Of a stretch of DNA of 64,000 nucleotides, positions 1 through 21,830 are shown in pieces. Under the pieces are notes generated by a model. That model had not been told where the DNA came from. It was given only the letters and a program-made list of their open reading frames with translations, and did not search any database. The position numbers and the translations under genes are program-made. Source of the stretch: Styela clava (lineage: Eukaryota); the NCBI RefSeq assembly GCF_964204865.1, contig NC_135261.1:12648001-12712000 (forward strand), read 5' to 3'. How positions within the stretch are numbered: the stretch's first letter is position 1; each line of letters begins with the position of its first letter.

Positions 1-3000
1 AGACGAAAGGAACTTGAAGAATCTCAAGTTTCTCTCATCCAAGAAAAGAACGATTTGGTTTTACAGTTGCAGTCTGTGAGTATCAATGTGGTGATGCGTG
101 CAATACATTTGGAATTATCCAATTCACGTTTTAACTTTATCTGACAGGAACAAGATAGAATCGACGATGCTGAAGATCGTTGCGATCAACTTATTAGAAC
201 CAAAGTTGAATTGGACGGAAAAATCAAGGAAACACAAGAAAGACTAGAAGATGAAGAAGAATTGAACAATGAATTGGTTTCTAAAAAGCGCAAGCTAGAA
301 GATGAATGCTCCGAATTAAAGAAAGATATTGATGATCTTGAAATCACTCTTGCTAAAGTGGAAAAAGAAAAACACGCTACTGAAAATAAGGTATGTGCAA
401 AATATCACCCTAGTTCTATATGCCTTAAAACAAAATTAACTCCGTTGATATATTGTTTGTTTATGTTTTTTATTTACAGTTGAAAAATTTGCAAGAAGAA
501 CTAGCCACACAAGATGAACAGATCGCTAAACTTCAAAAAGAAAAGAAAGCTCTTCAAGAAGCACATCAACAAACATTGGATGATTTACAAGGCGAAGAAG
601 ACAAAGTCAACAGTCTTTCTAAGCAAAAGGCAAAACTTGAACAACAAGTTGATGACGTAAGCATAACATACTTACCATACGTTCCGCTTTGGGCGAGACA
701 GTCCCGCTTTAAAGTCTTGTCCCGCCGTCCCGTCAAGTCAGCTAAAAGTCCCGCTTTTGCGTTCAGCCATCCAGCATAATACACGAACATGTTCTCGTTA
801 CTGTTGTTTCCGTGTAGCGCAGCGCTAGCCTACCTACTGAAGGTGAATGCGTTTGTTTCCCACTGATTCTCATTGATAGCAGACGTATCGCATGTAAAAC
901 CAATACTAATTAGTCTAAAATCGAATTATTTGTACCGGTATCGTTAACGTCAATTCCTTTCTATTTTTCAAACTGAACCCGATATTTGTACAGAGAATAT
1001 GCGCATAAAATTTCGATACCAATATGGTCGATAAAGACAGCTTTAAATGTAGGAATGAAGGCCTATGTAGTAAAATCGGAAAATGATAAGTTACAAAATC
1101 ACAGCTAAGGGGTCGTTGTCTTTTGAGGCGTCCCGCTTTGAGGTCACAAAAAAATGGTAACCCAATATATATACATATTTTGATACATTGTATGATGATA
1201 ATTACATTTTGTTTCCAGCTTGAAGCTTCTCTCGAACAAGAAAAGAAACTCCGAATGGATCTGGAGCGAACTAAAAGAAAGTTGGAAGGAGATTTGAGAC
1301 TTACTCAGGAAACAGTCATGGATCTTGAAAACGATAAACAGAGATTGGAAGAGAAATTGAAGAAGCAAGAATTTGAATACAGTCAACTTGCAACTAAACT
1401 TGAAGATGAACAAGCTCTTGTTATGCAACTCCAAAAGAAAATCAAAGAACTTCAAGCTCGTATTGAAGAACTTGAAGAAGAACTCGAAGCTGAACGTGCA
1501 GCAAGAGCAAAAGTTGAAAAGCAAAGAGCTGATCTTTCAAGAGAGTTGGAAGAATTAAGTGAACGACTTGAAGAAGCTGGCGGTGCAACTGCTGCACAGG
1601 TAAATAAAAGGACGCACATAGTTTCTATACTTATAATATTGCTTAATACATAATATACTGAAACAATGAATTTACTTTTCAGCTTGAACTGAATAAACGC
1701 CGTGAGGCTGAATTTTCAAAACTTCGCCGCGAGTTTGAAGAATCCAATCTTGCTCACGAAGCAACAGTTTCAACATTACGTAAGAAGCATGCTGATTCAA
1801 GTGCTGAAATGAGCGAACAGGTCGATAACTTACAAAGAGTCAAACAGAAATTGGAAAAAGAAAAGAGTGAAATGAAAATGGAAATTGATGATCTCGCTGC
1901 CAACGTTGAGAGCGTTACTAAGGCTAAGGTATGTATTAGTTTTTTTACGGTTTATTATTATCAGTAGATGTATATATTCAACTGATAGATATATATATTC
2001 AATATTCTTGTGTTTTAGCTTAACTATGAAAAAATGGCTCGCAATCTAGAAGAACAGTTCGGTGAAGCAAAATCCAAGTGTGACAACTTGACAAAAGAAG
2101 TAAACGAATTGAACGCATCTAAAGCGCGATTCTCCTCAGAAAATGGTAAGTTGACATTCAGAAATCAAGTGCTTTCCCTTAATAAGTGATTTGTTCTAAA
2201 GAATATCGCCAACAAACTTCACGCAAATCAAAGTGTCGTTAATAATGTATTTAATACTGTTTTTATATTGATTACTGTTTTATAGGCAAGAATTATTTTC
2301 TCATATTTTTCCAGGCGAACTTTCGCGTCAACTCGAAGAACGTGAGCATTTGATGGCTCAACTTACAAGAACCAAAAACAGTTCTTCACAACAAATTGAA
2401 GAACTCAAGAGAGTTGTTGAAGAAGAAGCTAAAGCGAAAGCTGCTCTTGCACATTCTGTACAAGCTTCAAGACACGATAACGATCTTCTTCGTGAACAAT
2501 ATGAAGAAGAACAAGAAGCAAAGGCTGAACTCCAACGAGCTCTATCAAAAGCAAACGCAGAAGTTGCACAATGGCGAAACAAATATGAAACCGACGCTAT
2601 TCAGAGAACTGAAGAATTGGAAGAAGCAAAGTAAGTTACCACCATCATTTAGAAACAAAATTTTATAATTAGCTCTCATACATGTAAAATTCCTAATATC
2701 TGTCATGCAGGAAGAAGTTGGCCACTCGTTTGCAAGAAGCTGAAGAGCAGGTCGAAGCCACCCAGGCAAAATGTGCAAGCCTTGAAAAAACAAAGAACCG
2801 ACTCCAAGGGGAATTGGAAGATCTCACAATCGACCTTGAGAGATCTAACTCGGCTGCTGCAGCTTTAGACAAGAAGCAAAGAAACTTTGACAAGGTAAAT
2901 AAATATATGCTCAAAATCTGACAAACACAGAGTTATTATTTGGACACATTAAGCAAATTACTAATGCTGAAATGGTTTTTAGATTCTTGCCGAACACAAA

Positions 3001-4922
3001 CAAAAAGAAGAAGAATTGCAAGTAGATTTAGAACAAGCACAGAAAGAAGCTCGTGGTTTGTCAACTGAATTGTTCAAGATGAAGAATGCTTATGAAGAAT
3101 CTCTTGATGCTCTTGAAACTGTCAAGAGAGAAAACAAGAATCTTCAAGAAGAAATTGCTGATCTTACTGATCAGCTAGGAGAAGGAGGAAAAAGCATACA
3201 TGAACTTGAAAAGGCAAAGAGAACTTTGGAACACGAACGCAACGAAATACAGGTATTTAACACGACTTGATGATTGATCATCAATTTTAGTTGATATCAT
3301 AAAGTATTTTTTCTTGAATATGATTTCAAATTGCAGGCCGCTCTAGAAGAAGCAGAAGGTGCCATCGAAGGTGAAGAATCAAAGGTCCTCCGTTTACAAG
3401 TGGAGATGGCTCAAATCAAACAGGACTTCGAAAGAAGACTCAGTGAAAAAGAAGAAGAAATTGATAGCCAAAGGTAAGTTAAGACTCAAATTAGCGATAA
3501 TGAATAAACTCGGAAACGATTTTGCAACTGCTATCATTTGCTGCGCAACCAGTTTTAATACGTATTTGCAATTATCGGCAAAATTTCAATAGAAAACTCA
3601 TAAATTTTTATTTCATATACTCAAAAATAAAAACATTATTCAAACTTGCAGACGAAACCAACAACGGTCCCTTGAATCAATGCAAACTACTTTGGATTCT
3701 GAGAGTAAGGCAAGACAAGAAGCAGTTCGTATGAAGAAGAAGATGGAAGGAGATCTCAACGATCTTGAAATTCAACTTGGACATTCTACTCGACAAGCTA
3801 CTGATTCCCAGAAAGCAGTTAAAGCTGCCCAAGCTCATGTTAAGGTTCGTACGTTTACGAAATAAATATAATTTTTAATTTGAAATGTCTTAATATATCT
3901 CTTATGTCTATCTTAAATTTTATAATAGGATTTAGAATTGCAAGTCGATGAAGCTCAACGTCACTCTGAAGATCTGCAAGAACAATTCGCTGTCATCGAT
4001 CGCAGAGAAAACTTACTGAAGGCTGAAATTGATGAGTTGAGATCAGCACTCGAACAAGCAGAACGCGGCCGCAAACTTGCAGAAACTGAACTACTTGAGA
4101 GCAGCGAACGATCCAATCTTCTTCATACACAAAACACCGCACTTATCAACCAGAAACGCAAGTTGGAAGGTGAATTGCAAAACATGCAAGGAGAGGTTGA
4201 AGAATCTGTTCAGGAACAGAGAAACGCAGAAGAAAAAGCAAAGAAAGCAATTACAGACGTATGATCATTAGCAATTTAGTATTATACCACGAGACTAATT
4301 CCCAAAATATATAATGCTTATTAAATATTTTACTTACAGGCTGCAACAATGTCTGAAGAACTTAAAAAGGAACAAGATCTTTCATCTCACTTGGAAAGAA
4401 TGAAGAAGAATATGGAACAAACTGTGAAGGATCTTCAACAACGACTCGATGAAGCTGAACAAGTTGCACTTAAAGGAGGAAAGAAACAAGTTCAAAAACT
4501 TGAAACTAGAGTATGTATAATATGCAAATGCAACCGACCGTTTACACGGTTTTCTATTATACACATACTTATATGTAACTCTATCATTTTAGGTCCGCGA
4601 ACTTGAGAACGAACTTGATGCAGAACAGCGTCGAAATGGTGAATCTGTGAAAAACCAGCGTAAACATGAACGTAAGTTGAAGGAAGTCACTTATCAAGCA
4701 GAAGAAGACAAAAAGAATCTGACCCGCATTCAAGATCTTGTTGACAAACTTCAAATCAAGGTCAAAACATACAAGAGACAAGCTGAAGAAGCCGAGGAAC
4801 AAGCCAACCAAAACTTATCAAAATATCGTAAACTGCAACACGAATTGGATGATGCTGAAGAAAGAGCTGACATGGCAGAATCTGCTCTCAACAAACTCAG
4901 ATCTAAAGCTCGTGATATGTGA
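1..4922 (+). CDS. Mhc: Muscle (class II, sarcomeric) myosin heavy chain, copy 1; 3' part only (S2/LMM coiled-coil rod), multi-exon, begins before the window
   Basis: Exon ORFs give the myosin rod ([86 protein letters not shown]). They are separated by short GT-AG introns at the same positions as in the other copies. TGA at 4920-4922. Confidence 0.96.
672..1164. mobile_element. hAT-like MITE inserted in an intron of MHC copy 1 (left end truncated)
   Basis: TTACCATA...ATGGTAACCC inverted ends with repeated GTCCCGCTTT subterminal motifs. The homologous introns of copies 3 and 4 are ~85 nt and lack this ~490 nt insert. Confidence 0.7.
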
Positions 4923-5359
4923 AGCAAAGTAAGTTGAAATGTCAAACGAATAAATTTTGAGACATAACTTGCTAGAACTCCTACATTACTAAGCTCATTT
5001 TTCACATTTGCAGGAAATGGAATAAATCAAACGCCATCATGAAATTTGGAAGGACTTCATGCTGCATCGTTTATTTTTGTTATGAATAGTATCTTCATTT
5101 CGTACTCTTGCCTTTCTTACATTTTCCATACCATTCTCTTTATTTTTCCTTTTCAAGTCCATGCCTATCCGTGATTTTGGTCTTGTGATATTTACGACTG
5201 AATATGCGTTGCTCGAATTATTTGAATTTTTTTTCACTCCGATCAATCAATCATGTGATATGTTTTTGTACTTACGTGATGTCTTTTTTTTTATTACAAT
5301 GAATTAATACAAATGTTGCAAATTACTTTACTTGTGTTTAATAATCAGTATAGATCACG

Positions 5360-5717
5360 TCAGGGAAAATCAAAATGGGTTCTTATTTGTCCGTTCATTC
5401 GAATAAACAACGGGTTTTTAAACTTTTTTTTGATACGGACCCGGAAAATATTTTCTTGGTTGTGCGAACCCCTTGCAAAGCGAACTGTACAAAATGCAGA
5501 AACAGGATGAGAAATCAAGGGATAATCGACATTACATCTCAGATGCACAATTAAAGGGCTAAAATAGGCGAAACCACAAGACAAGCAAAATATCAGTTAT
5601 CGTTGAAATTTTTTCAATTCATTCCATTCTTAACATTTTCACTGATCTTTCACCGACCCATTAGAAGTATTTCCCCGGCCCCTTGCGGGTTCGCAGGCCC
5701 CAGTTGAGAACCCACGG
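5360..5717. mobile_element. Degenerate hAT/Charlie-like MITE
   Basis: The right end CCCCAGTTGAGAACCC resembles the GGTTGAGAAACACTG-type ends elsewhere in the window. The left end (CAGGGAAAATCAAAATGGG) is degenerate and no clean TSD is visible. Confidence 0.35.
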
Positions 5718-8700
5718 AATAACTAACAACCAGTCAATCAATGGATAAAAATGCAACCAAGTATTATTTACAACATAGAAAATCCGTAAAGTTTACTGGT
5801 CGTACGCCGTTACGACTACGCAAACACACACACGCACACGCACAATTCTAATTGATTATTATCTACTATACAGATGAAACAATGTAGGGCTTCATATCGT
5901 TATGGTGCGACCTATTGAGATGAGCTAGAATTATCGCTTCATCGCTCATATACCTTATTAACCTCCTCCAAACGATATATAATTAGTGATGTATACGTGC
6001 TCTAGACATAAATAGGAATGCTCATGCAATTTTTTTCCAGATTGTTCAGATTGAGAAGATTAAGCGACAAAGCATTTTCGAAGCTCAATGTCGTAAAATT
6101 ATTATTTTGAGATCTTAGGTAAACTATACTGTTAGGTATTCCACAAACTTGTAACATGTCATAATTCCATGAATGTTATTGCTCTTTGGAATATCAAATT
6201 GTCAGAATTGCTACTATCGGGGAAATGGGTCCCTACCCTGCGTGTTCTTATCCCAATGCTATTAAACGTATGTTAAAGCCAAATGTTAGTATAATGCATA
6301 GTTGTACGATCGATTTGAAATGATCTAAAACAGTTATTTTGACCTATATATACCTAAACCTTTACACAAGTCATATAGTTTAAATCCAAATCAGTAATGC
6401 CACGAAAACATAAAAAGCTATATTCTCAAGTCTCAACTGTCGACCAGTGGCCGAAAGCATGTTATTGATCGCTCGGTACTGAAAAGCTACTGCCTAAAGA
6501 CTAAGGTGTTGCTACGATAAATCACCATCAGGGAAATTGCTGAATTGGCATATTTTTATTGAATTCAACACGATGATAATACGACTGTGTTAAAACAATG
6601 AAAGTCATAGTTACATTCACATTCGATACATTACAGATATTTGAACATTATATATATTTAAAAATAAAGACGTTTTCATTCTGACCCAGTCCTGGCTGAC
6701 TGACAGCCACACGAGCTACATAATCATGTGTTTTGCAGTCATTTGAGCCAATCTGATAAGCGAACTGCAAGTATAATTACACGCAGGTCATTTTCTTTGA
6801 TTACTCCTACTCCAGCAGAGCTCTGCGCCATCCAAGATTGATCGTTATTTTTGAAGATGATGTTCGACTGCCCGTCAATCCTATTTTCTTCAAGTCTGCT
6901 TCACGCCACCCTTGTTGTCGGCACGCTTTTTTTCATATCCAGCTTTTTCCATATAATTGACGATCGCAGCATAATATTGACATCCGTTAAAATTCCTTGA
7001 ATTCATTCAACATGCTGTGTTTTGTTATATTAAAATTATTTCGTTCGAATACCGACATACTTTTTGCGTTTTTATTTATTTTAATGCAAAAGTGTTTTTC
7101 GTTCAATGTAAAAGCAAGATGTCATGCATACATAGAATTTCATACACAGAACTTCAGAATAATTATAATTTTCATCTGCTTCTGGAACTGGTAATTTTAT
7201 ATGAAAGGGTCTAGTCTAGAATTATGCATTATCTCTGAATCGCTCGTTTACCCTGATTTTTCATTTCACAAGAAAGATTTTTCACTCCACTGTTTGAAGG
7301 CAAGTATGTTGCATTTCAAAAGTATGATAACAACGCCAAAATAAATCAGAAATTCGTTATCTGTAAACATAATCAGACTACTTGGCACTAGGCCGCTATT
7401 TTCCAAGGTTATATGAATCGTGTATTTCATCAAACATGGATATTATGAAAAAGTAATATACATGGTTTGCGGTTATTAAAAACTTTTATCATCTAAGAAA
7501 AGCTGTGTCATGTTTCATGTGTAAATTATAGCACATGTACAGTTATGATAAATCTGGATATTGCACACCGCTATATACGTGGCGAAACTGTTATCAAAGG
7601 CAATGTACCAAAAACACCATGCAGAAAAAAACATCAAATTATTTAAAGAGTGATTTTCCACCTAAAATTTTTTTTTAGAAATTTAGTATAAAACCTGGTT
7701 CAAGGTATTCCTCGAACTGCTATTCTGCGCGGTACGCAAAATTAACAAGAACATTTGGGTATCAAGATGCCCTTTACGCGACCTCACAGACAACATTCAA
7801 TTTATCGGAAATTTACACTTGGATATTGAGAGAATATCTAAATTTCTCATTAGGCTTTGACGCTTCCGGTCTTTAATGTTTACAAAAACCTAACTTTCAT
7901 TTATTCTGTAGAAAGTTTTGTAAAATACCTTAATGAGCTGAATTTTGCCAAGCTGTGCGACAAACAAAGGGCAATCTGACCGTATCTACAAAATTGTAAC
8001 CTCACGATGTAGTGAACGAACGCATTGCATTCTATTCAATGGCCACCCAATACGGAATCAACCGAGACCCAATTTTGTCGGGAGACATTGTGTCGAATTT
8101 GAATGTTTAAGTGACATTAGTAAAAATTCAAGTTTGAGTACAAATACAAAAGTCCAGTAGTCGGCCAACTGCAGAATTAATTTACATTGCTGAACTTTAG
8201 AGTGTGCTACTCAGTATTGTTTATTCTTGTCAGCTTATTCTTATTAGTTAAATAAATTGTCTAGGAAAATTATATGAAACACTTATGACCTTGGAAATCT
8301 TTTGGGGGTATGGAGTTTTGCGTATGGGGAGGTTTTTAAACTAATTTGTACGACGGTTTGGAAATTGAGGGTAATTTTTAACAAGACTCTGAAGACAATC
8401 ATATTTAAACATGTAGCTTCTGTATCTACGTGTCATTGTGCCTCCAGGGAGTGAATAGTGTGACTAAATTGTTGTTGTTATTTTGATGGCTGTTGTTGTG
8501 AAATCACTGCACCAAACGATTATACAGTAATGGAAGTGAGTCCCTAACTGCCTGTCCTTATTAAATAAAATATATATTTTTTTATATTGCTTTCAACTGC
8601 AGTAAAATCACTAACATGCAGCTACATTTTCATTCATTTTTTGATAGTCGTTAATTCAGGTTTACATTTATTTCACAAACGCCGCTGCACGGCTAGAAAG

Positions 8701-9162
8701 AATGAAATGCAAAGTAGCATTCCTTGTTCTGGGATATCCCCAAAATTTTCTGCGGGCTCATACCTTGTTCCTGCATCCTCAAAAGGGAACTGCAATAATA
8801 AACAAAAGGAGTCGCCTAAAGTCAATGCTCCGTGCAATCACAGAAGCTAAGACAAATAACCCCCATTCCCCGGTAAAACTGTCTAATACCAAATATCTGC
8901 CTTTCTGTTTTGTCCACTGAATATTTATTGAACATGAATTATAAAACAATTAGAAAGAACTGTTCATCCTGATTTGATAAATTCTAATTTTTGTAACATA
9001 ATGTTGGCAAATATGAAACGTGTCAAATCAGACAGAAAACAGCTAATTGTTTGGAGCGAAAGACACAGCTTGCGCTCGCGTCGCGTAACTGATCTTCGAT
9101 TGTGTGATGCGATCTCTATTAGCAGTGTTCTCTCTTAGCGAGAGCAAAAGTTCAACAATATT

Positions 9163-9227
9163 CAGCTGTTTAACACATTGAGTGCGAATGCGTTTGCCGT
9201 GTTGCGGTTCAAATGTTGGCGTATAAA
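9163..9227 (+). promoter_or_regulatory. Putative core promoter of MHC copy 2: E-box, T-box-like site and TATA
   Basis: CAGCTG at 9163-9168, AGTGCGAATG at 9181-9190 and TATAAA at 9222-9227, about 230 nt upstream of the ATG. A probable 5'UTR intron lies at ~9298-9393. Confidence 0.5.
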
Positions 9228-9452
9228 AACTCAACCACATTTCGATTTTAATCATTATCGTCGCTGATGAATATTCGTACACATCAAGCATTGTTCTGTA
9301 AATTGTAATCTTCCTCGTATCCAGGGAGTCAAAGCTCTTCCTGTAACTCTGAATAGACAACAATAACTTATGCCTGTATTTTTTAATATTCAGATAAATT
9401 AGGTGAACGAATAAAAATTATTTAAAGAGTAAATTTTAAGCACCCAGCAAAT

Positions 9453-17968
<8,516 letters not shown>

Positions 17969-19786
17969 AACCACTCATAGATTCTCAATTTTTATATTAG
18001 ATTTTTCTTTACCGTATTTCCCAGTTTTGATAATTTAATACCTTTTCCATTTTCAAGCGCTGAATAGCTTCAATGTAGTCACAAGTTATGTAATTTATAA
18101 TGATGCCACTCAACCTATCTGATTTATTTTTATTTTTTATAATTTTAAATTTAAGAGTTTGCCTATCCATGCTTTTTTTGTGTACATTTATTACAAACAC
18201 TGTTATTGAAATACGTTTTTCATGTAATCGGATCAATTCATGTGATATGTGTTTTTGTTTTTTTATTTTTTTTATAAATATGTCATAATTTTCCTACTGT
18301 TTAAAACTGTGTCAATAAACATGACTACTACTGCAATATGTGTTCGAACGTTTGATACGTGACAAATCTGAAATACTCTCTCTAGTTTTCCAATTGGGTT
18401 GTTGTAATTCAACAACTGAGCTGTTTTTATCAATAAAATTTACTCGTGTTGAGGTGTTACACGTCAAATATTTTTCTAATAATGTTGTGTTGTAGCTAAA
18501 GACATCGTTGGAAACGTCGAAATTTGATAACAAGTTAGTCGGAAGTAGTCGGGGGAACAATGTTAGCAAAGAAATGAATTGAAAGGATCTTATTTTTTAT
18601 ACTTTTAATGAGTTAAACTGTTGTGTGAGTTCTAAAGACACAATGCTTGCATATATGGACAAGGAGATCAAAGTACTAACCGAGACGTAGCAGTATCCCC
18701 TGTAGCCTATACGCAAAAAGCTGTTATCCGATATTTCAAATGTTTCAGAACAGATCATGTCGCACCCCCGTAGCAATTCTCATTGGTGCTGTTTGAGAAT
18801 TTGAATTGCACAAGCAAATATACTGTGAATTGTGCTGTAAAATCGAAATCACGCTTCACATCTAATCAAATCTGTTCATTTGCTATGGACATGGCGCTGT
18901 ACAAGCAACTAATCAAAAATGAGATATGAATCTACACGTTCACCCTGAACTCGATTGAACTACTTATATGCTTGAGGTATTATTCAATGAAGCGGGTCGA
19001 CAAACCCCCCTTTTGGAATGTGTAAAAAAGACGACCTATAGGCGCGCATAAAAGCGCATAAAACTTTATGGCTCCGTCTCCGGATGCCGTCAAGTAAAAG
19101 CGACATGATCGTGAAGGCGATTTTTAGACCTTACCCCGATCTTTGACCCCCATAAAATTTTTCCTATACTTTACCATTGCCAAATTTTCGGTGCCTATTT
19201 TAAAAGTGGTTTTAAAGGTTGGCGCCTGTAAAATGGGGTATCATTCTGATTCATAGCAATCAACAATCTGTTTTTAAAAGTACCGGTAAAGAATTTCAGC
19301 CTAGTCTATCACAGCTATTTCTACACTAATTTTTGATTACTGCAATTAAACTGAAACTCCTAAAAAGACAAAGTGAACATTGAATTATTTGATATATATT
19401 TAGATATCCGAAACACAACTTAAAACTAACAAATAGATTTTAAAAACGAGAAAACAAGGTAATGTTCACGGCGACGCCTTAAAATCTGTCTGAGCCAGAA
19501 GTGTCTGGGCGGATGCGAAACTAAGTTCCTTTTTGCATCTTGCTGATTGGCCAATGTCATGAAGTAAACAAGGAAGTCGATGCTCGGGGAAACATCCATT
19601 CAGTCCGCAATTTCCATTTGAAGCCCATGTTCTCGGCGAATTCTGACATATTCAGTTTCGATTTCTAAAAACATTATGTACCACACATAGCAATTTTCAG
19701 AACATCAGCTTTCTTAGAAACTCGCGTTTTGCGGCCTTCGGCCAGACCACCTGTTACAGTCAAACTTGGCAATTACAAATTTCAGG

Positions 19787-19890
19787 ATGCTTCCGAGGTA
19801 TGCGTACCAAGATAGAACACAACTTAAGAGCGGTATGCGTACCGGGTTAGGATTCAGGTTGTGCGTCATCTTGGTACACATACTTCCGGT
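19787..19890. mobile_element. Small palindromic MITE (same family as 63590-63702)
   Basis: GTATGCGTACCAAGAT...ATCTTGGTACACATAC inverted repeat. Shares TTCAGGTTGTGCGT(C/T)ATCTTGGTAC with 63660-63684. Confidence 0.55.
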
Positions 19891-19894
19891 TTAA

Positions 19895-20140
19895 GCATAT
19901 GGCGAACCAAAGCCTCTCGTCCTGTGACTATTTCCTGTCGGGTATGAGATTAGTTAGTTATTTGTTTTCGGAAGCATGGACTTAATGGTGGAGGAAGCCG
20001 TAACCGACCAGCGATTACGTGAACCACCCCACGGCGGCGAGGAGTCCAGCAATCCTCTCGCACATAACCATTCTGCATGGGATTCGAACCTGCGAACCCA
20101 CGCAGAGTAATTAGAGGTGCGGTGGCGAGCGTATTCCTAG
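19895..20140 (-). mobile_element. tRNA-derived SINE (partial)
   Basis: Pol III B-box GGTTCGAATCC on the minus strand (20090-20080), followed by a GC-rich body containing GGCTTCCTCCACCA. No complete cloverleaf. Confidence 0.55.
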
Positions 20141-21573
20141 CATGAATAACGGATTGTTAAACGATAATGAATAAACGAACACCGAGTTTCATCAGATAAT
20201 TCAGAGTCTTGAAACTTTTTATCTGAAGAGGAATGATGTCGTTTCCGAGGCCTCGCTCGCGTGCCGGATAAATGGGCTCGCGTGCCAGAGGTTGCCCACC
20301 CCTGAGCTACCCTATACGATCTCTCCTGCCTGGACAAAACGCATCACATACGTGGGCGTCTGGCAAGCCCGCGAGAATCTACAAATGGCACTTGCGGACA
20401 GCGAGAAAAACGAGCACTCGTCAAGTTTACGTGTGTGTACGTGATGTTTTGTTTTTGTTTTCATTACCTATGATACCGTTTTCATTTCTAAATGATCTTA
20501 ATGCGCATCGACCAAGCACGAGTTTTAACACTTTTTTTTCATGGACCACGATGGAAATATCATTTTGGCTATGTACGAATGCCATTAGCGTTGATTAAGT
20601 CAGTATAGAGGGAATATGACACTGAGTCATCACTGCCGGGCTGATTACCGTACTGGTATATACAACGACGAAATTGAGGAATTTTTATTAAACGCGAAAA
20701 TAATACAAGTGAACGACAATTATTTAATAAGTCTGTTTACGATGATGAGACGCAATATTTAGTAGTAGTCGTGACATAACAAGAATTGGCGAAAAGATGG
20801 CTTATCAACACTAATATGCCCGTTGCGGTAATGATGAACCACGCGACCGGCGAAAGAATTCAGAGATTAAAACATAATTAACAGAGTAAAAATAAAAGTG
20901 CGTTATTAACGTATTTTTCGGCCTTACAGTAATTATCAAAAGAAGAAAGTATCGACCAGCACCAGGCCCTTATCCCACTTCCAGCTATTTTAAAACTATT
21001 CGAATACTTGGTATATATTCGTTGCACAAATTCGAATTATTTTATTAAAATATTTGACCCTCCTTCTTGGTGAATTATTCAGTAAATTCGTTTCCATTTT
21101 AAAATTTCATATACGTTTATTTATACAACCCTACTTTATCATGTAGTATACAAAGAAAAATAAGTAAAGCAAAATAAATAGAGCGAAGAACAAAATGCAT
21201 TCAATCGCACAAAAGTGCATACTACGTACGTTCATCTGAACAATTCATGAATATGTGTAAAGGTAAAGGAATGCTAAATGTGTGCCAATCATAAGCAATA
21301 CTCCTTTTTACTATTAGATCTGAAAGATTTAGAGACAATGACGGGAGCATCGACCTAAACTGCAATACTTCGCACGCAAGGACGGGTCAGTGATCTGTAC
21401 AAGTAAAGTGAAATGTTCTTTGCGGGGAAGAGGTAGGCAGATACGCTTGGACGGACAGGCAAGCAAAGTATTCGACAACTGAACGGAAAAAACCGAAAAG
21501 TATGTAGTTTCTATCTAAGTATCTACTCAAACTTTTTCGTGTTTCCTAATTAACTCACAGATTGTGACAATAA

Positions 21574-21830
21574 TAGGGTTGCCATACCGTCGGAAAAATT
21601 CCGCACATGTCCGGAGTTTAGGGTTAAATTTTGCGTTCGGGAATGATTTAAAAAATGCTCAAATGTCCGGAATCAGGAAATTTAGTGCATCGGTAATAAT
21701 ACTGTGCACACTGCTAATACATAACATTGTTATTTCGTACCGTTCGTCCGTGCGCATATTTTTTACTACGAGGTGATGAAAATAGTCACGCACTGTCCGG
21801 AATTTTGCTTTTTTAAATATGGTGACCCTA
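21574..21830. mobile_element. hAT-type MITE
   Basis: TIRs TAGGGTTGCCATA / TATGGTGACCCTA. 8-bp TSD GACAATAA / GACTATAA (7 of 8 match). Internal TGTCCGGA repeats. Confidence 0.8.

Noticed and set aside
1144-1524. Recurring antisense and alternate-frame ORFs over myosin exons (F/L/S-rich or K/N-rich) in every copy
   Set aside because: These are shadows of the GAA/AAA/CAA-rich coiled-coil codons. They recur only because the myosin exons are duplicated.
4920-4922. Selenocysteine recoding of the terminal TGA
   Set aside because: No conserved SECIS-like structure is evident, and the 3'UTRs of the copies are AT-rich and divergent.
7945-9363. Short ORFs between copies 1 and 2 (7945, 8587, 8702, 9043)
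   Set aside because: No recognisable motifs or splice structure; one overlaps the copy 2 promoter.
20080-20140. tRNA gene
   Set aside because: Only a B-box is clear, with no cloverleaf. It is better explained as a SINE head.
20250-20303. hAT right end (GGTTGCCCACCCCTG) pairing with the left end at 41299 as one large element
   Set aside because: The ends face outward from each other, the TIRs differ and the flanks give no matching TSD. At most they are separate remnants at paralogous positions.
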